DNA from: a virus
Lineage: Duplodnaviria; Caudoviricetes
DNA: 43,754 nucleotides
IMG/VR virus record: IMGVR_UViG_3300037465_000092
Span: 1 to 43,754 of that record
Reading direction: 5' to 3' (one strand)
Within the stretch, counting starts at the first letter, position 1, and every line of letters begins with the position of its first letter. The notes under the pieces were generated by a model that was not told the DNA's origin, made no database searches, and saw nothing but the letters and a program-made list of their open reading frames with translations. Shown piece by piece: positions 39,637 through 43,754 of this stretch. The position numbers and the translations under genes are program-made.

Positions 39637-39873
39637 ATGAAAAAAATGGCAAAGAAAGACCTGAAAAGGTTAGAGATTACCGAAAGTGCAGATGGTTTTA
39701 CAATTTGGATTTCTGAAACCACTGGTAAAAAAAGAAAGCACTGGTTAGTTGATGCATCATGCTTAAAAGATGATGGTGAAATCCGAATTGGGAAAATTAT
39801 AGATGGCGATAGGTTTCATGCCATTTTTGATAAAAAAACGGAAAGTATCAAGTTAGTAGTCAGCAAGCCATGA
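39637..39873 (+). CDS. Hypothetical cassette protein
   Basis: 78 aa ORF filling the cassette; stop lies within the end repeat. Confidence 0.65.
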   Translation: MKKMAKKDLKRLEITESADGFTIWISETTGKKRKHWLVDASCLKDDGEIRIGKIIDGDRFHAIFDKKTESIKLVVSKP

Positions 39874-39877
39874 CCGC

Positions 39878-40116
39878 TAACGCATCGGGGCTTTCTGTCA
39901 GATTTTTTGCGGATTGAAAACTAAAACTTAATTATATGACACAAAAGGAAATAAAACAATTAGCCGAAAAGATATACGAGGAGTATATTTTTGGGGGCAT
40001 AGGCAGACCAAAATACGGAGTTGATTTTGATAAACGGCATATCATACAGGCACTTGAAATGATGGTGCATAAAACGAGGGAATGGCATGCAAAAAACTTG
40101 CAGAAAGCCCGTGTTA
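39878..40116. mobile_element. attC-like site C with a long coding loop (array 2)
   Basis: TAAC-GCATC-GGGGCTTTCTG..TTTTTTGC ... GCAAAAAA..CAGAAAGCCC-GT-GTTA. Confidence 0.7.
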
Positions 40117-40301
40117 GCGGTTCGTTGCTTGCGGATATAAGACAAGCCGTAGCCGACTATATGAGAAAAGAAGGGTGTTCATGTTGCAGAGATTACGAAG
40201 GACACAAGATAAATGAAGCACGGCTTGGCAAGTTGCTTAAAGTGAAAAAGTATAATGATGGTAGTGGCTATGATTTTAGCAAATACCGTAGCAAGCAATG
40301 A
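39936..40301 (+). CDS. Hypothetical cassette protein; N-terminal half encoded within the attC-like hairpin
   Basis: 121 aa; LQKARVSGSL is encoded by the right arm and GTTA box; EGCSCC motif. Confidence 0.65.
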   Translation: MTQKEIKQLAEKIYEEYIFGGIGRPKYGVDFDKRHIIQALEMMVHKTREWHAKNLQKARVSGSLLADIRQAVADYMRKEGCSCCRDYEGHKINEARLGKLLKVKKYNDGSGYDFSKYRSKQ

Positions 40302-40305
40302 CCGC

Positions 40306-40341
40306 TAACTCATTTATTAGCGCCATTTTTTTATTTTTAAC
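40306..40341. mobile_element. Putative attI-like array terminus (array 2)
   Basis: TAACTCATTTATTAGCGCCATTTTTTTATTTTTAAC; its first 17 bp are identical to 4496-4512. Confidence 0.6.
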
Positions 40342-40414
40342 ATTTTGAAAATTAATAAAGTAAAAATAAAATTAAGATAATTTAGTTAACTTGTTATAAG
40401 AATATAAAAATTTA

Positions 40415-40500
40415 TACTTTTGCAAAGTCGAGATATTATGAAATTTAAAGCCCTGAAAATTTAAAGAACCTGCGCACCGCAGCGCACATCTCGACCTTTG
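40415..40500 (+). promoter_or_regulatory. -7 promoter (TACTTTTG) and structured region upstream of the replication gene
   Basis: CAAAGTCGAGAT ... ATCTCGACCTTTG inverted repeat with an inner TGCGC/GCGCA hairpin. Confidence 0.55.
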
Positions 40501-40529
40501 AATGAGTAGGGGTATCTTTTTTTAAAAAA

Positions 40530-41246
40530 ATGAGTTTACGATTTACAGAAACAAACAAATGGAAGGATGACTGGTTTCTATCATTAAGCAATGATTATCG
40601 AATCGTTTGGTTATATATAATAGATAATTGTTCTATCGCTGGTTTATGGGAAAAGGGATTCCGGCATTTGAATTATTTTTGCAACACGGAACTTGATGAA
40701 AAAAAATTTAAAGAAATTTTTGGCGCAAAAATAATTGATTTGGGCAAGCATTATTTCATTCCTAATTTTTTGAGGATACAATACCCAAGTGGCTTATTAT
40801 CAAACAAGCCCATGATTGTAGCAGTAAGAAGAGAGTTACAAAAATACAATCTTAACAATATGATAGACCAATCATTATTTAATGATAAACCAATCATTAA
40901 GGTAAATGGTAATGGTAATGGTAAAAGGAAAAAGGTAAAGGAAAAGATATTATTTAAGAGCAGCGTATTTTTTGATTTTAAACAGTTCGACATTGCATTG
41001 CAACAGGATGAGAAATACAAATGCTTCGACACAGCATACTACTACGAAGTCATAAAGAACTGGTCGGCACAAGGTCACATGAAAAAAGACTGGATAGCAA
41101 CAGTAAAGAATTGGATGCTTCGCGACCTTAAAGAAGGCAATCCAAAACTAAAACAAGAATATGAACAAGAATTAAAACAACAAAAAAATGGACTTACATT
41201 GCAGCAGCGAATCGAGAAAAAATACAAAGAGTTTGCACAATCCTGA
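40530..41246 (+). CDS. Replication initiator-like protein
   Basis: RFTETNKWKDDWF..L N-terminus, low-complexity linker, KDWIATVKNW C-terminal motif. Confidence 0.7.
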   Translation: MSLRFTETNKWKDDWFLSLSNDYRIVWLYIIDNCSIAGLWEKGFRHLNYFCNTELDEKKFKEIFGAKIIDLGKHYFIPNFLRIQYPSGLLSNKPMIVAVRRELQKYNLNNMIDQSLFNDKPIIKVNGNGNGKRKKVKEKILFKSSVFFDFKQFDIALQQDEKYKCFDTAYYYEVIKNWSAQGHMKKDWIATVKNWMLRDLKEGNPKLKQEYEQELKQQKNGLTLQQRIEKKYKEFAQS

Positions 41247-41844
41247 ACTTACAGCAACGCTTATGTATGTGTTCACGTTGATAGGTTTACCCGAAAGCAA
41301 AATACCAACAGGCTTTGCAAAAGAGGTGTTGTTTGATTTTATCAATAACTATCATTCTAAACTTAAATACGAAGAAATGAAAGAAGCCTTTTCTATGGCG
41401 GTGGCAGGTCAACTTGATGTTAAAACAGACCTTTACAATCAGGTGTTCAATGCTGAATTATTCGGGCGTGTAATATCAGCATACAAGAAGCACAAACATG
41501 AAAAAGCAGCAGAGATAAAGCCGTTTGTGGCACTCGAAGAAAAGAAAAATGATAGTATAAGTCCCGAAGAATCGTACAAGCTATTTATTAATCAACTTGA
41601 AACATTAAAATCAATTCCCCACATCTGGGACTGGGACAAGCTGTTTAAACATTTAGAAGCAATAGGCGAGATAAAAGATACCAACGAAGAAAAGGAAATG
41701 TTTGTGGAATGTTTTAAACTAAAATTACAAAGTGAAATACAGAATAAAAATAAATACAATAAACTTATTTCAGATAAAACATATTTTAAAACGCTATGCC
41801 GAAAAGAGAGGATTAAGAATTATTTGAATACAAAGTATTTTTAA
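41188..41844 (+). CDS. Hypothetical replication-associated protein (possible helicase loader)
   Basis: Overlaps the initiator gene; EEMKEAFSMAVAGQL motif. Confidence 0.45.
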   Translation: MDLHCSSESRKNTKSLHNPELTATLMYVFTLIGLPESKIPTGFAKEVLFDFINNYHSKLKYEEMKEAFSMAVAGQLDVKTDLYNQVFNAELFGRVISAYKKHKHEKAAEIKPFVALEEKKNDSISPEESYKLFINQLETLKSIPHIWDWDKLFKHLEAIGEIKDTNEEKEMFVECFKLKLQSEIQNKNKYNKLISDKTYFKTLCRKERIKNYLNTKYF

Positions 41845-41868
41845 AAAATAATTAATTAAATTCGTTCC

Positions 41869-42147
41869 ATGAAAAATATTAATCTAAAAGAAAGTGAAAT
41901 ATCAGACATTGTTTCAGACGGTATGAATACCGAATCATTAATTAAAAAACACGAGCGTTGCATTGAAATACTTTATGCGATAAAATATTTTGAAGAACGC
42001 AAAAAAAACAGAATTGAAAGCATTGATGGCTTTGCAGGTTTATTCCCTGAATTGAAACAAAAATATATCAACAATATTGATATTATTAATCGCTGCATAA
42101 AAAGATTGATTGAAAGATATAATCGTATTGCAAAAATAAGGACATAG
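41869..42147 (+). CDS. Hypothetical protein
   Basis: 92 aa ORF. Confidence 0.6.
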   Translation: MKNINLKESEISDIVSDGMNTESLIKKHERCIEILYAIKYFEERKKNRIESIDGFAGLFPELKQKYINNIDIINRCIKRLIERYNRIAKIRT

Positions 42148-42201
42148 AAATGTGGCGAGTAAAAGACCTTTTCGTTAACGTGTTAGTTTTAGTTTTCAAA
42201 T

Positions 42202-42834
42202 ATGAAGGAGATAAAAGAAACAACCTATAAAGGCACGAGGATTCTAATAGGAAATGAAAAGCGAGCCATTACAAATCTGATGGTTAAATACCTTATTGAA
42301 AAAGGTTATCAGGAAATATCAATTCCGATAATTCAATACCAAGAAACATTTAGCGGAAAGGTTGGTGAAGAAAACAATAATTTGATGTTCAATTTTACCG
42401 ATAGAGGAAGCAGAAGCATTTGCCTTGCTCCAGAATATACTGCGGTCATTCAAAAATTGGCAAATACAATATTCAAATACCAAAAAGACATTAAATTATT
42501 TTATGTGCAGGAATGTTTTAGAGGTGAAAGACCACAAGCTGGTAGGTATCGTCAGTTCACACAATTAGGCGTTGAAATAATTAATCCTTCAAAAAATTAT
42601 TTAGAAGAACTTATTACCGATGCAAGTGAATTGATTAAATGTTTCGGGATTGAAGGGTTTGAAATAAACAGGAGTGCTGCTCGAGGATTAGATTATTACG
42701 AAGAAGGCAGGGGATTTGAAATTTATTATTATAAGCTTGGAAGTAGTAAACAGATTTGTGGTGGTGGGAAATACGAAGGTGGTATTGGATTTGCAATAGG
42801 CGTAGATAGATTGCTGAATGTTCTTGTAAGTTAA
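42202..42834 (+). CDS. Minimal histidyl-tRNA synthetase-like protein (class II catalytic core only)
   Basis: Motif 1 GYQEISIP, LAPEYT, motif 2 FRGERPQAGRYRQFTQLGVE, HisA RGLDYY, HisB-like GGGKYE, motif 3 GFAIGVDRL; ends with no anticodon-binding domain. Confidence 0.85.
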   Translation: MKEIKETTYKGTRILIGNEKRAITNLMVKYLIEKGYQEISIPIIQYQETFSGKVGEENNNLMFNFTDRGSRSICLAPEYTAVIQKLANTIFKYQKDIKLFYVQECFRGERPQAGRYRQFTQLGVEIINPSKNYLEELITDASELIKCFGIEGFEINRSAARGLDYYEEGRGFEIYYYKLGSSKQICGGGKYEGGIGFAIGVDRLLNVLVS

Positions 42835-42880
42835 AGTCAAAAAGAGCAATAAACGAGTGAACTAAATAATTCTTTTATAT

Positions 42881-42968
42881 GCAGTAGCTCTAAATAGAAT
42901 GTTCAGGCGGTTGCAAACGCATAGGGTAACTGAACTTAGGCAAAATTCCCGATTTGCTCGGCTACTGC
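42881..42968 (+). ncRNA. Candidate structured (tRNA-like) RNA
   Basis: GCAGTAGC/GCTACTGC closing stem with inner GTTCAG/CTGAAC, GCG/CGC and GGCAAA/TTTGCT stems. Confidence 0.35.
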
Positions 42969-43143
42969 TACTTTTTACGATGGCCTTTGAAAATTATTTG
43001 CCTTGATAATCAACAAGTTACGTTAATTGTTAATAAAATGTGTAATTAAATGTAATCTAATTCAAATAATATTCGTAATATTGCAGTGTGAATGATTCAC
43101 AAACGGGCAAAGCAGCCGACCTGCTGAACTAAAACTTAGCACA

Positions 43144-43425
43144 ATGAAAAAAACAAATCTCCCAATTACAAAGCAAATCCACAGTCATTTAGATTTATAC
43201 AATCTAATAATTGGCGAAGTGGTTGAAATAAAAAACGGAAGCGCATTTATCAAAGAAGATGATGGTGACATTTACTGGGTATCAAAGCAGATAATGAGTT
43301 GCAATCCCAATGTTAAAAAAGGATATAGAGTGGATATTGAATGTGTTTCCGACTCGGTAGGGCACATGGTTTATGTAAATTCGGAAGACGGAGAAGAAAG
43401 ATATTGTTCTTTCTTTGAAAGATAA
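43144..43425 (+). CDS. Hypothetical protein (possible OB-fold)
   Basis: IGEVVEIKNGSAFIKEDDGDIYWV...KKGYRVDI pattern. Confidence 0.6.
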   Translation: MKKTNLPITKQIHSHLDLYNLIIGEVVEIKNGSAFIKEDDGDIYWVSKQIMSCNPNVKKGYRVDIECVSDSVGHMVYVNSEDGEERYCSFFER

Positions 43426-43529
43426 TCCTGCTGTTCTGCTAAGTCAGCAGGACAGGTTTCCTATCGGTTCAGCCGTGAGATTCGATTCTAAATAGGAACT
43501 ATGAAAAATAAAAAACAACTAAAGAAAAA

Positions 43530-43748
43530 ATGAAAGCAGAAGTAAAATACTCAAACGGCTGGTGTTTAGTATTGCCCAAATACGGCAATGCCCCTATGTT
43601 ATTTATGGAATGGTTATCACGATTTAGTGCGGGAAGGAATTGGTTGCATAAGGTTAATCAAACCTTAGATGACACATTTTCGATTCGTCTTAACATGAAA
43701 AAAGAAGATTATGAAGCAGCGGCACAATACATTAATAGTAATTTATGA
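43530..43748 (+). CDS. Hypothetical protein
   Basis: 72 aa; its 3' part is repeated at 1-154. Confidence 0.6.
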   Translation: MKAEVKYSNGWCLVLPKYGNAPMLFMEWLSRFSAGRNWLHKVNQTLDDTFSIRLNMKKEDYEAAAQYINSNL

Positions 43749-43754
43749 AAAATA
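43595..43754. repeat. Terminal direct repeat, right copy
   Basis: Matches 1-160 with 2 mismatches. Confidence 0.95.

Noticed and set aside
39040-40341. Repeats as a CRISPR array or as simple terminators
   Set aside because: The units are non-identical hairpins separated by whole genes, lack T-tails, and have TAAC/GTTA boundaries with cassette-end complementarity.
38899-40607. 78-bp imperfect repeat as a DGR template/variable repeat pair
   Set aside because: The differences are C/T and synonymous rather than adenine-specific, and no reverse transcriptase is present.
690-41032. Numerous minus-strand ORFs in the six-frame track
   Set aside because: They are shadows of longer + strand genes, with no recognisable motifs.
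42881-42968. Canonical tRNA-Cys gene (GCA loop)
   Set aside because: No D arm or T-loop consensus and wrong arm spacing; kept only as a candidate structured RNA.
1-43754. Stop-codon reassignment or a lysogeny integrase
   Set aside because: Genes tile densely under the standard code, and no ORF shows tyrosine or serine recombinase motifs that I could recognise.

Overview
This window looks like a complete, circularly permuted ~43.6 kb tailed dsDNA phage genome. Bases 1-160 recur at 43595-43754, and TAnnTTTG promoters suggest a Bacteroidota host. Nearly all genes are on the + strand. The order is terminase, tail assembly chaperones with a -1 frameshift, tape measure and tail genes, then a block of nine or ten glycosyl-, methyl- and acetyl-transferases. 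After that come portal, scaffold, capsid and neck genes, lysis-type genes, SSB/RecT recombination genes, a replication initiator and a catalytic-core-only HisRS paralogue. The most striking feature is two integron-like gene-cassette arrays (319-4530 and ~38977-40341). They are built from TAAC...GTTA attC-like hairpins, each cassette has self-complementary ends, and both arrays end in the same attI-like sequence (TAACTCATTTATTAGCG). I recognise no integrase in the genome, so the phage may capture cassettes with a host integron integrase; its cargo includes a type IIG-like R-M gene and a Mom-like DNA modifier. A conserved TAGTGCCT...GGCA pseudoknot precedes three major structural genes, and a tRNA-like hairpin follows the mini-HisRS. 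All product calls come from motifs read by eye and from gene position; no database searches were run.
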